64,000 bases of DNA from Desulfatiglandales bacterium (GCA_963667015.2 CAXXJJ010000004.1:3168001-3232000), one strand, 5' to 3'; positions 31,819-40,325 are shown, counted from the stretch's first letter. Translations and numbers: made by a program. The notes: generated from the letters alone by a model not told the origin.

Positions 31819-32079
31819 TCAGTTCAATATGTATCCCAAAATGATGTCACTCAGAGGATCATCGTCTATATGTTCAAGCTGGTCATTAAAAATCATTTTC
31901 CCCTGATATTCACTTTTAAGCTCATATTCACCATCACTGGCAATATATAACAATATTTCGGAGCAGGCCGGACAGAGCGGACCGTGCTCATCATTTCCGT
32001 CAAAAAAGGATAGTGTCCAGTTCTCGGATAATATATCTTCAATAGTATCCGCAGATACTCCGCAAATAGTACAATTCAT
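31819..32079 (-). CDS. Small acidic protein with two CxxC pairs (possible zinc finger)
   Basis: CTIC...CPAC; occupies an otherwise empty gap. Confidence 0.65.
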   Translation of the reverse strand: MNCTICGVSADTIEDILSENWTLSFFDGNDEHGPLCPACSEILLYIASDGEYELKSEYQGKMIFNDQLEHIDDDPLSDIILGYILN

Positions 32080-32363
32080 AATGCTTTTTATAAAACTCCA
32101 GTATATAAATATTTAAACCTTTTTCAGGTTTCAAAGCAGGGTGAGATTATACCAATAAGGCCTATTTTACAAGTAAAATATTTTCAGGCCTCTTTTGATC
32201 CACTGTATTTATTAACTTTAGGACACCTTTTCCTGACAGACGGTCCTGGATCTGAAATTGTTCTGCTTTGATAATTTTATATTGAATATTCAAGCAGATA
32301 TGCTATTTGAACTAATGAATCTGAAATCGGTTTGAATATTTAACAATAAGAAAGGATAAGATT

Positions 32364-32621
32364 ATGTCTGACCTTACAGTTTTTCACAGCGGGAATCCAG
32401 GGTGAGTCTCCTGCAAAAAGGCTATAGTCGTAGCCGAAGAGATGAAGAATATATTTGGAGAAAAAATTAATTTAAATATCTACACCTTGGACTCCTTAGA
32501 AGCCATGCAATATAAGTTTAAAAGCGCCACAAACGTCCTGCTTGATGGAGCTATGGTACCGCTGGATATCTCACTGGATAAAGAAAAAATGAAAAATTAT
32601 CTTGATGAAAGGCTTACATAG
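32364..32621 (+). CDS. Thioredoxin-fold selenoprotein candidate (UxxC), 85 aa
   Basis: AAGGA RBS, ATG 32364, TGA 32403-32405 in G-U-V-S-C, 71 further sense codons to TAG; SECIS-like hairpin. Confidence 0.8.
32420..32435 (+). promoter_or_regulatory. Putative bacterial SECIS element
   Basis: GGCTAT-AGTC-GTAGCC stem-loop; apical loop 20 nt after UGA and containing GU. Confidence 0.7.
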
Positions 32622-32637
32622 AATTGTAGAGACATTC

Positions 32638-32667
32638 TTGTCGCGGCGCAGCTTCAGCGAAGACGGA
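32638..32667. repeat. Dispersed REP-like repeat, copy 1
   Basis: TTGTCGCGGCGCAGCTTCAGCGAAGACGGA; related copies at 45920, 45970 and 60762. Confidence 0.7.
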
Positions 32668-32719
32668 TAAAATCCCTCTTCGCTGCAATGGATATCAGGT
32701 GCAATTTTCAGGTATTACA

Positions 32720-32842
32720 TCAGAGAACTGATGCCAGCCGTTCACCCATTTTAATAGAGGTTTCATATCCTTTTTTTGTATTCTCCAGAATATCACCATC
32801 CACCTGAACTTTATCCTTTTCAAAAAGTACAATTATTGATGA
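32720..32842 (-). pseudogene. 3' remnant of a phosphatidylserine decarboxylase gene
   Basis: SSIIVLFEKDKVQVDGDILENTKKGYETSIKMGERLASVL*; 29/40 aa identical to the C-terminus of psd at 40323. Confidence 0.9.
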
Positions 32843-32957
32843 TCTGGCCGAGTTCATCCAGGACCTTCTTTATCTTTTTTTCATCATCTGTCGCTATCCT
32901 TGAAGCCCTTAAGGCCTGTGACATGAAACAGGCAAAACAGTCAAGATATGTCTGCAT
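32820..32957 (-). pseudogene. 5' remnant of a DUF89/ARMT1-like damage-control phosphatase gene
   Basis: MQTYLDCFACFMSQALRASRIATDDEKKIKKVL resembles the DUF89 N-terminus; stops after 45 aa. Confidence 0.8.
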
Positions 32958-32964
32958 ACTTCAA

Positions 32965-33669
32965 TCAGCTATTCTCAAGTGTATTAATTTTAGCCTGAAT
33001 ATCCCCGGCCTGTTTCAGCAGATCCTGTGCCTGTTTTTTAAGAAGATCAAGTTCCTCTTTCTTTGAAAAGTCAGGTTTGGGTCCTTCATTTACTCCGGCC
33101 ATTCCGGCACCACTTCTCATTCCCATGCCGCCACCCATACCGCGACCCTGGCCCATGCCCATACCTCGGCCCTGGCCTTTTCCTCCGCACATACCCATGC
33201 CTCTGCCTCCTCCCATACCGCGGCCCTGGCCCATTCCCATGCCGGCATTCGGGGATTGGTCATAGACCGGGTTTGAGGATTTCTGTTGAACGGAAGAGTC
33301 TCCGCCCTGCACACCATAATGATCCGGAACATTTGCTTCAGTTGATGCACTTAGCTCGTTTTTTTTAAGCCTTGCAACAGCATCTTTAATTGTGCCTGAC
33401 TGCCCTGTAAACAGTTTTATTTTTGCTGCATTCAGGACCTTTGCTGCATTAGGACCGCAGTTGCCTGTAATTACAGCCTCTGCATCTTTTGATGAGACAA
33501 ACTGACCTGCCTGTATGCCGGCGCTGCCGCTGAGTGTAATACTCTCATTTTCAAACGCCTCAAAATTCATTGTATCTGTATCACAGATAATAAAATACCG
33601 GCACCTGCCAAAACGGGGATCAATCTGTGAATCAAGATTTTTTCCGCTGGAACTGATTGCTGCTTTCAT
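32965..33669 (-). CDS. NifB/NifX-family (Orange protein-like) protein with Gly/Met-rich DUF5320-like tail
   Basis: IDPRFGRC.YF, GIQAGQ, VITGNCGPNA; GMGQGRGMG repeats and terminal coiled coil. Confidence 0.88.
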   Translation of the reverse strand: MKAAISSSGKNLDSQIDPRFGRCRYFIICDTDTMNFEAFENESITLSGSAGIQAGQFVSSKDAEAVITGNCGPNAAKVLNAAKIKLFTGQSGTIKDAVARLKKNELSASTEANVPDHYGVQGGDSSVQQKSSNPVYDQSPNAGMGMGQGRGMGGGRGMGMCGGKGQGRGMGMGQGRGMGGGMGMRSGAGMAGVNEGPKPDFSKKEELDLLKKQAQDLLKQAGDIQAKINTLENS

Positions 33670-33785
33670 TTTTTCCTCCCTGTTTTATGGAGTTAATAGA
33701 TTTATTAATTTATTGCGGATGCTGTACTATCAATGCATATACCATTGCAAACTAATGCAAACATACCACAATATCTTATTTAAAG

Positions 33786-33801
33786 AGCATTTTTGATGCC
33801 A
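33786..33801 (-). promoter_or_regulatory. Sigma-54 promoter candidate for the NifB/NifX-family gene
   Basis: TGGCATCAAAAATGCT with exact -24 GG / -12 GC spacing. Confidence 0.65.
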
Positions 33802-33894
33802 AATCATCAAAATATCATTTAATCACTGTATAACCTTGTTTTTATTTATTTTTTTCCACATTACATTTAATCGGGATCAAAAGAATGGGCACTA

Positions 33895-33936
33895 GCATTG
33901 CATCTTTGCAGTTGTTTTAATGCAATTATGCAATGC
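33895..33936. promoter_or_regulatory. Tandem enhancer-like boxes
   Basis: TGCATCTTTGCA and TGCAATTATGCA, centres 22 bp apart, about 100-130 bp upstream of the sigma-54 site. Confidence 0.55.
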
Positions 33937-34167
33937 CAGCATGAAGTCAACTATTTATTTGGCAAAAGACGATATTCTGAATAAGAAATTGAACCGATTA
34001 CCTGGTCGGTAATCCTTTTTAAATCTGCGGTTATTATTGTCCATTGTTCACCAACTGAGTCACTACGGCATTACAAGAAAAATATTTGAACAGATCGCCC
34101 TCTATCATGTTTGTCCCATAAAATCTGGAACCTGACATCTCTACAGCATGATGTAGCAGCTATTTCC

Positions 34168-34229
34168 TTGACACACTACACTGACGCTCTTATACTCGTT
34201 CCCGGTTTTTAAAAGAACGCTCTTTTAAA
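34168..34229 (+). promoter_or_regulatory. Sigma-70 promoter and downstream palindromic operator candidate
   Basis: TTGACA-17-TATACT (34168-34196); TTTAAAAGA-ACGC-TCTTTTAAA (34208-34229). Confidence 0.7.
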
Positions 34230-34314
34230 TTAAATTGACATCAAGCGACAGCGCTTCACAGCTCTGCCTCCTGCTGCCTGACATTCGCACTCGAACAGAA
34301 CCTGGAGATTACAA

Positions 34315-34809
34315 TTGAACTTAAACATTGATTCGGAAACTAGGCACAATATTGATCATGTCCTGAGTAAACATGCCATAGAACGGGGATCGCTGCTCAC
34401 TCTTCTTCAGGCCATTCAGTCAGAATTCAACTATCTGCCGCCGGGCTCACTTCCCATAGTAGCAGACCGGCTCAACCTTCCCTTAAGCCAGATCGTTTCA
34501 GTAGCAGAATTCTATGGATCATTCAGCCTTGTTCCACGCGGAAAGCATATTGTGACCGTGTGCCTGGGCACTGCCTGTCATGTCCGGGGAGCAGACCGCA
34601 TCCTCCGTGAAGCATCCCACGTCCTGGGCATTGAACCGGGAGAAACCACAAAAGATAAAATGTTTACTCTTGAAACGGTACGATGCCTGGGTGCCTGCGC
34701 ACTTGCGCCTGTCATGATGATTGACGGGATCTACCACGGTAAAATGACACCAAAAAAACTGCACAGTATCCTGCAGCCGTTACTTACAAAAAAGGAGGCA
34801 TGCAGGTGA
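34315..34809 (+). CDS. NuoE/HydC-like [2Fe-2S] subunit
   Basis: LQAIQ..FNYLP, VCLGTACHVRG, RCLGACALAP; TTG start with GGAG. Confidence 0.93.
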   Translation: MNLNIDSETRHNIDHVLSKHAIERGSLLTLLQAIQSEFNYLPPGSLPIVADRLNLPLSQIVSVAEFYGSFSLVPRGKHIVTVCLGTACHVRGADRILREASHVLGIEPGETTKDKMFTLETVRCLGACALAPVMMIDGIYHGKMTPKKLHSILQPLLTKKEACR

Positions 34810-37800
34810 AAAAACAGTTGACCCTTAAAACATTTTCAGAACTCAGAGACAGTTTAAAACAGAACGGTTCAGTCAACCGTAAATGCATTGCAGTATGCGA
34901 CGGACCCGGCTGCCATGCCGGCGGAAGCAGGGATATTTATGATGCATTTGAAGAGCTTATAAAAAATGGAAACCTCTCGGAGAAAATCGAAGTTCGTCTT
35001 ACCGGCTGTCTTGGCCTGTGCCAGTGCGGACCGGTTGTTATGATCCTGCCTGATAACATCTTTTATAACAGTGTTTCAGCAGCAGATACCCGGGAAATAC
35101 TGGATCACATTGTAAATGAAAAACCTCCGATTGAGCGGCTGCTTTATAAAGACCCTGGCTCGGAAAAAACCGCATCCAACATTACTGACATCCCCTTTTA
35201 TAAACACCAGGAAAGAAGGCTCTTATCAAACAATAAATATATCCGGCCCGAATGCATTTATGACTATATAAACTGTAACGGCTACAGCGCACTTGCCCGC
35301 GCGCTTGAGTCCTCCCCGGAAGAGGTTATTGAAACAGTAAAGGCATCGGGCTTAAGGGGGAGGGGCGGAGCAGGTTTTCCAACCGGACTTAAATGGGAGT
35401 TCTGCCGAAAATCTCCCGGAAATATAAAATACCTGATATGCAACGCCGATGAAGGAGATCCCGGCGCATACATGGACAGGGCAGTGCTTGAAGGTAATCC
35501 ACACAGTGTTCTCGAAGGAATGCTCATAGGCGGATTTGCCATGGGAGCCGCAGAGGGCATTATCTACTGCAGGGCTGAGTACCCCATAGCTGTCCGTAAT
35601 GCAGTGCATGCAATAGAACAGGCAAAGGCCATGGGACTTATCGGGCATAATATCCTTGGTACAGGTTTTGATTTTGATATCACTGTAAAAACAGGCGCTG
35701 GCGCATTTGTATGCGGTGAAGAGACCGCCCTTATAGCATCCCTCGAGGATCTTCCCGGGGAACCAAGGCCTAAACCACCCTTTCCCGCACAGTCTGGTCT
35801 CTGGGAAAAGCCCACCAATATCAACAATGTTGAAACCTGGGCCAATATACCCATCATCGTTAAAGAGGGCTCAGAGTGGTACAGGGCGCTGGGCGCAGAG
35901 AAATGTCCCGGGACCAAGATATTTTCACTTGTAGGCAAGGTGCGCAATGCTGGGCTGGTGGAGGTACCCATAGGAATAAGTTTAAGGGAGCTTATATTTG
36001 ATATCGGAGGCGGGCCATTACCCGGAAGAAAAATAAAAGCAGTCCAGATAGGCGGGCCGTCAGGCGGATGTATCCCGGCCCACCTTCTTGACCTTCCGGT
36101 AGATTATGAAAGCCTTAATGACGCAGGGGCAATCATGGGTTCAGGCGGGGTCATTGTAATGGATGACCGAACCTGCATGGTTGATGTCTCAAAATATTTT
36201 CTGGAATTTTTAAAGGAAGAGTCATGTGGTAAATGTGTTCCCTGCCGTGAAGGTATTCCAAGGATGCTTGAAATTCTGAACCGGATTACCCGGGGAGATG
36301 GCCGGGAAGGCGATATAGAACTCCTTGAAAAAATAGGAACAACTGTAAAAAAGGCATCTTTATGCGGCCTAGGCCAGACAGCAGCAAATCCATTATTAAG
36401 CTCCATACGTTATTTCAGAGATGAGTATGAAGCGCATATAAAGCAGAAGAGATGTCCGGCTGCTGTGTGCAGAAAGATCATATCATCCCCCTGTCAACAT
36501 GTCTGCCCGCTGGGTACTGATGTGCCGGCATATATTACACTCATAGGTAAAAAACAGTACATGGAGGCGGCAGAAGTAATCTCAAAAACAAACCCGCTTC
36601 CAAATGTATGTGCCCGTGTGTGCCACCATCCATGCGAAGGGGCATGCTCCTGCGGTGAAGCAGGTGCACCCGTTGCAATAAGACCCTTAAAACGAGTCGC
36701 CATGGATTATGCAATAGAAAAGGGCAAGTGGCCCCCTGAAGAAACACCGGAAGCTGACAGGCCGGAAACGGTAGCTGTTGTAGGCTCTGGACCTGCAGGA
36801 CTCACTGCGGCATACAGCCTCGCTAAAAAGGGGTGCAGTGTTACACTCTTTGAAGCTGAACAGCAGCCGGGCGGCGCCCTTGCATGGGCTATTCCCGAAT
36901 ACCGCCTTCCTGCTGATGTTCTGAGCATGGATATCCAAAGGATTAAAAATATTGGGGTCACCTTCCGTACAGGTGTAAGGGTCGGACGGGATATCTCTTT
37001 TGATAAAATCAGGAAAGAGTTTAATGCTGTCTTTCTGGGCCTGGGAGTTAATAAAAATCTGAAGCTTCAGATTCTTGGAGAAGAGGGTCCCGATGTGCAT
37101 GACCCTCTACTCTTTCTCAAATCAGCCAAAATGGAAAAGATCGAAAAGCCCGGAGATTCGGTTGCAATCATCGGAGGAGGAAACGTTGCCATAGATGTGG
37201 CCCGGACCTGCGTGCGGCTGGGCTCAAAGAATGTGCTTATCCTGTACAGAAGGACCCGTGAGGAAATGCCCGCAGAAAAAAATGAAATAGAAATGGCCCT
37301 TGAAGAAGGCGTGCAAATAAAATTCCTTTCAACTCCGGTTCGTATTTTACGTGACAAAGATAAAATTACAGGTGTTGCCTGTTTACGGATGGAACCTGCA
37401 GGCATGGATAAACAGGGCAGGCGGCGTACAATCCCGATAGAAGGTGAAGAATTTGAAATACCTGCGGATTCAATAATACCAGCTATAGGGCAGGCCCTTG
37501 AACAGAGTGTTTCTGAATATTTTACAGAAAATATTATAAGTGAACGGAATCTTCTTAAGGCGAATCCTGAAACAGCAGCAACAAATATTCCGGGTGTATT
37601 TGCAGGAGGTGATGCAGTAACAGGACCCGCAACAGTGACAGAAGCCATGGCGGGAGGCATACGGGCTGCTGAATCGATTATTCAGTACCTGGACGGAAAC
37701 AGGGTAATGCGGGGATATAAAATTACAAGGCCCTCAGTTGATGTTAACCCGATTAAACTGACGGAACAGGAAATGGATGACCTGCTTGACCGGACACGTC

Positions 37801-37925
37801 CTGAAACTCCGGCGTTATCGGTCAGAGAAAGAAACAGGTGCTTTCGTGAAGTGGAGTTAAGAATGCCTGAACCGGATGCAGTAAATGAGGCAAAAAGATG
37901 CCTGAGATGCGACCGGCAGGGTTAA
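34800..37925 (+). CDS. NuoF/HydB-like NADH/FMN subunit fused to a GltD-like FAD/NADPH module
   Basis: N-terminal [2Fe-2S] domain, GLRGRGGAGFP, NADEGDPGAYMDR, GGPSGG, ESCGKC.PCREG; then PCQ..CP, GSGPAGL, GGGNVA.D, YRR, FAGGD, RCLRC. Confidence 0.93.
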   Translation: MQVKKQLTLKTFSELRDSLKQNGSVNRKCIAVCDGPGCHAGGSRDIYDAFEELIKNGNLSEKIEVRLTGCLGLCQCGPVVMILPDNIFYNSVSAADTREILDHIVNEKPPIERLLYKDPGSEKTASNITDIPFYKHQERRLLSNNKYIRPECIYDYINCNGYSALARALESSPEEVIETVKASGLRGRGGAGFPTGLKWEFCRKSPGNIKYLICNADEGDPGAYMDRAVLEGNPHSVLEGMLIGGFAMGAAEGIIYCRAEYPIAVRNAVHAIEQAKAMGLIGHNILGTGFDFDITVKTGAGAFVCGEETALIASLEDLPGEPRPKPPFPAQSGLWEKPTNINNVETWANIPIIVKEGSEWYRALGAEKCPGTKIFSLVGKVRNAGLVEVPIGISLRELIFDIGGGPLPGRKIKAVQIGGPSGGCIPAHLLDLPVDYESLNDAGAIMGSGGVIVMDDRTCMVDVSKYFLEFLKEESCGKCVPCREGIPRMLEILNRITRGDGREGDIELLEKIGTTVKKASLCGLGQTAANPLLSSIRYFRDEYEAHIKQKRCPAAVCRKIISSPCQHVCPLGTDVPAYITLIGKKQYMEAAEVISKTNPLPNVCARVCHHPCEGACSCGEAGAPVAIRPLKRVAMDYAIEKGKWPPEETPEADRPETVAVVGSGPAGLTAAYSLAKKGCSVTLFEAEQQPGGALAWAIPEYRLPADVLSMDIQRIKNIGVTFRTGVRVGRDISFDKIRKEFNAVFLGLGVNKNLKLQILGEEGPDVHDPLLFLKSAKMEKIEKPGDSVAIIGGGNVAIDVARTCVRLGSKNVLILYRRTREEMPAEKNEIEMALEEGVQIKFLSTPVRILRDKDKITGVACLRMEPAGMDKQGRRRTIPIEGEEFEIPADSIIPAIGQALEQSVSEYFTENIISERNLLKANPETAATNIPGVFAGGDAVTGPATVTEAMAGGIRAAESIIQYLDGNRVMRGYKITRPSVDVNPIKLTEQEMDDLLDRTRPETPALSVRERNRCFREVELRMPEPDAVNEAKRCLRCDRQG

Positions 37926-37938
37926 AGGTAAATCAAAT

Positions 37939-38692
37939 ATGATTACAGCAACAATTAACAACAGGGAAATCAAGGCCGACGAGGGAAGTACTGTACTACA
38001 GGCTGCTCTCAAAAACGGCATCCATATCCCCACACTCTGTTATCATGAAGGCCTGCCTGCATACGGTGCCTGCCGTATGTGCCTGGTGGAGATAACACAG
38101 GGGGGGCGCTCAAAGCTTGAAAGCTCATGCACACGCCCAATAGAACAGGGAATGGAAATCAGGACAGACACCAAAGAAATACAGGAACACAGAAAGATGA
38201 TCATGGAATTTCTTCTTGCCCGCTGCCCGGAATCAGAGGCTGTGCTGGAGATGGCAAAAGAGGTGGGAATAACTGAAACCCGTTTTGATAGATCAAATGA
38301 AGACTTGCATTTTGTGCGGTTTGTGTGTTCGGGCCTGCCGGGATGCGATTGGAACAAGCGCCATAAGCTTTATCAACAGAGGTATCAAACGCCATGTGGA
38401 CACCCCGTTTTCAATTAACTCAGACGTGTGTGTAGGGTGCGGATCATGTGCACAGGTGTGTCCCACAGGTATGATAAAGATGGAAGATCGGGACGGAAAA
38501 CGCTATCTGAACTGCTTTAATACGGAACTTGAACTTATTGCCTGCAGTGAGTGCGGTAAATATTTTACCACCAAACGCTTTTTTGAAAAAAACAGGGAAA
38601 ACTTTGCAGGCCCTGATGAACTGCACTGCCTGTGTGACGACTGCAGGCGCAGGCAGCAGGCATCCAGGCTGTTACAGAGGCCGGCTTTTTAA
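37939..38692 (+). pseudogene. NuoG/HydA N-terminal-like Fe-S subunit with a one-base frameshift (real or sequencing error)
   Basis: IPTLC...GACRMC...SC in the first ORF; CILCGLCVRAC and CVGCGSCAQVCP in the second; removing one T at 38305-38306 gives a 250-aa protein. Confidence 0.85.
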
Positions 38693-38778
38693 TATTTTAT
38701 AGACTTAAAACTCCATCCATGGATCTTCTGTTCAAGGATGGATATGAAATCTAACGCATACAGAAAAGGAGTAAAAAC

Positions 38779-39270
38779 ATGAAACGAATCCATTTTGTGC
38801 CGAACCGGTGCATAGGGTGTGAGGAGTGTGTTGCGGCCTGCGAAAAAGCCCACGAATGGCATTCCCGCGCCTTTGTTGAAGTAGTTGACGGATACTTTCC
38901 CGTTCCATTGCGATGCTCACACTGCGATGATGCACCATGCAAGGCAGCATGTCCTACCGAGGCCATAAGGCGCAACGAGTTTGGGGCAATAGTTGTAACC
39001 AGAGACAAATGTATCGGGTGTGGAACCTGTGCGGAGGTATGCCCTTTTGGAATCCCTGTCATAAACAGTGCCACAGGCAAAATGATAAAATGCGATCTTT
39101 GTTCTGAAATAATAGCAGAACAGAAACCTGTCTGTGTTCAGGCCTGCCCCAAGGAGGCCCTTGAATTTGTAGAGCAGGATGAACCGTTGACAAACCGGCG
39201 CCAGCGTATGGCCCGTCACATAAAAAATGCTGCAACTCAGGAAAGCGGTCTTGCAAACCGCGGGATATGA
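38779..39270 (+). CDS. HydN/CooF-like 4x[4Fe-4S] protein
   Basis: CIGCEECVAAC, CSHCDDAPC..ACP, CIGCGTCAEVCPFG, KCDLC, CVQACP. Confidence 0.93.
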   Translation: MKRIHFVPNRCIGCEECVAACEKAHEWHSRAFVEVVDGYFPVPLRCSHCDDAPCKAACPTEAIRRNEFGAIVVTRDKCIGCGTCAEVCPFGIPVINSATGKMIKCDLCSEIIAEQKPVCVQACPKEALEFVEQDEPLTNRRQRMARHIKNAATQESGLANRGI

Positions 39271-39288
39271 AACTGAAAGGAGTCTTAA

Positions 39289-39768
39289 ATGGGAGCGCTT
39301 ACAAAAAAACGCCCAATGGATGATATAGTAAAGGAGCTGGATCTTAACGAACGCATTGCAGTTATTAGCTGCAACAACTGCGTAAAGGTGTCAGGTGCCG
39401 GCGGAGAAGGTGTGTGGGAAGGATTTTGCGATGACCTTGAAAACAAAGGGTTCAGGATCGAAGACAGGATACTAATAACCAATCCCTGTTCACGCGGTTA
39501 CCTTGAAAACATAACCCTTTCGCCTGCTGTAAAAACCGTAGTTATGCTGGCCTGCGAAGGTGCCCAGAACGGCTTTAAAACCGTTTTTCCGGACATCAGG
39601 CTGGTTGCGGCAAACGAAACCCTTGGTCTTTTTGTGGCAAGCAAGGCCGATGGTGTTGTTAAACTTGCAATGACCTTTCCGGGCTACGAGGAACTGGCAG
39701 GAAGGGAATTCAGGCTCAAGGATACCCAGACAATGCTGGAGGGCGAAAAGATTCGTCTTGCAGAATAG
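39289..39768 (+). CDS. MetV N-terminal-domain-like Cys protein, paralog 1
   Basis: SCNNC....AGG, NPC, LACEG, FP...V.ANET.G pattern; strong RBS. Confidence 0.6.
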   Translation: MGALTKKRPMDDIVKELDLNERIAVISCNNCVKVSGAGGEGVWEGFCDDLENKGFRIEDRILITNPCSRGYLENITLSPAVKTVVMLACEGAQNGFKTVFPDIRLVAANETLGLFVASKADGVVKLAMTFPGYEELAGREFRLKDTQTMLEGEKIRLAE

Positions 39769-39779
39769 GAGATTAAAAA

Positions 39780-40280
39780 ATGATTATTTCAGTTAGAAAT
39801 TTTGAATATGAAACCCTGAAGAAGGAGTTGAGTCCGGACGATAAAATCATAGTCTTCAGCTGCAACAATTGCGCAAAAAAATGCAAGGGGCTTGGCGGAC
39901 GCCCTGGCCTGAAAGCACTTGGAGATAAGCTTGATGCAGACGGATTTAATGTTGTAAGAAGGGAACTGTGCGGTGTTGCATGCTCCCTGGACCTTATAAG
40001 AAGACGGGCAAATGAGGAATCAACAAAAGCTTCCTTTGAAGAAGCGACAGTAATTATACCGCTTTCCTGTGAAGACGGAGAACGGGCACTGCCCGCTGTG
40101 TTCCCCGACAAAAAAATCATCAAAGTTACCAAAACGCTTGGTATAGGGTGGGGATCACCAAAGGAGGGAGTAAGGCTTACAACACCTCTTTCCGGAGTAA
40201 ATCTAAAAATAAATTCACCCGCAGGAATCACAATAGATGAAGCCGCTAAACAGCTCGGATTGTTTGCCGGCGGGTTTTAG
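39780..40280 (+). CDS. MetV N-terminal-domain-like Cys protein, paralog 2
   Basis: SCNNCAKKC..LGG, VAC, LSCEDG, VFP......TLG; visibly paralogous to the preceding gene. Confidence 0.6.
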   Translation: MIISVRNFEYETLKKELSPDDKIIVFSCNNCAKKCKGLGGRPGLKALGDKLDADGFNVVRRELCGVACSLDLIRRRANEESTKASFEEATVIIPLSCEDGERALPAVFPDKKIIKVTKTLGIGWGSPKEGVRLTTPLSGVNLKINSPAGITIDEAAKQLGLFAGGF

Positions 40281-40293
40281 CTTTTTTCAAATA

Positions 40294-40325
40294 TAACGGA
40301 ACCACTGAAAACTGTGGTTCCGTTA
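40294..40325. terminator. Hairpin between convergent genes
   Basis: Perfect 12-bp stem TAACGGAACCAC / GTGGTTCCGTTA. Confidence 0.65.

Noticed and set aside
33077..33265. Pro-rich ORF and short DNA repeats
   Set aside because: Antisense shadow of the Gly/Met-rich tail; no spacer structure, so not CRISPR
32965..33669. Nitrogen fixation inferred from the NifB/NifX domain
   Set aside because: No nif structural genes, and the family is widespread outside diazotrophs
33887..33902. Plus-strand sigma-54-like GGGCACTAGCATTGCA
   Set aside because: Lacks the T before GG, overlaps the enhancer-like boxes, lies over 400 bp from the next gene, and a good sigma-70 promoter already serves that operon; not fully excluded
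34315..38692. Calling the operon respiratory complex I, a hydrogenase or glutamate synthase
   Set aside because: No membrane nuo genes, no H-cluster or NiFe motifs, no gltB
39268..39276. Possible Sec read-through at other TGA stops (HydN-like gene; NifB/NifX-family gene at 32965)
   Set aside because: Another in-frame stop follows within a few codons and there is no redox motif context
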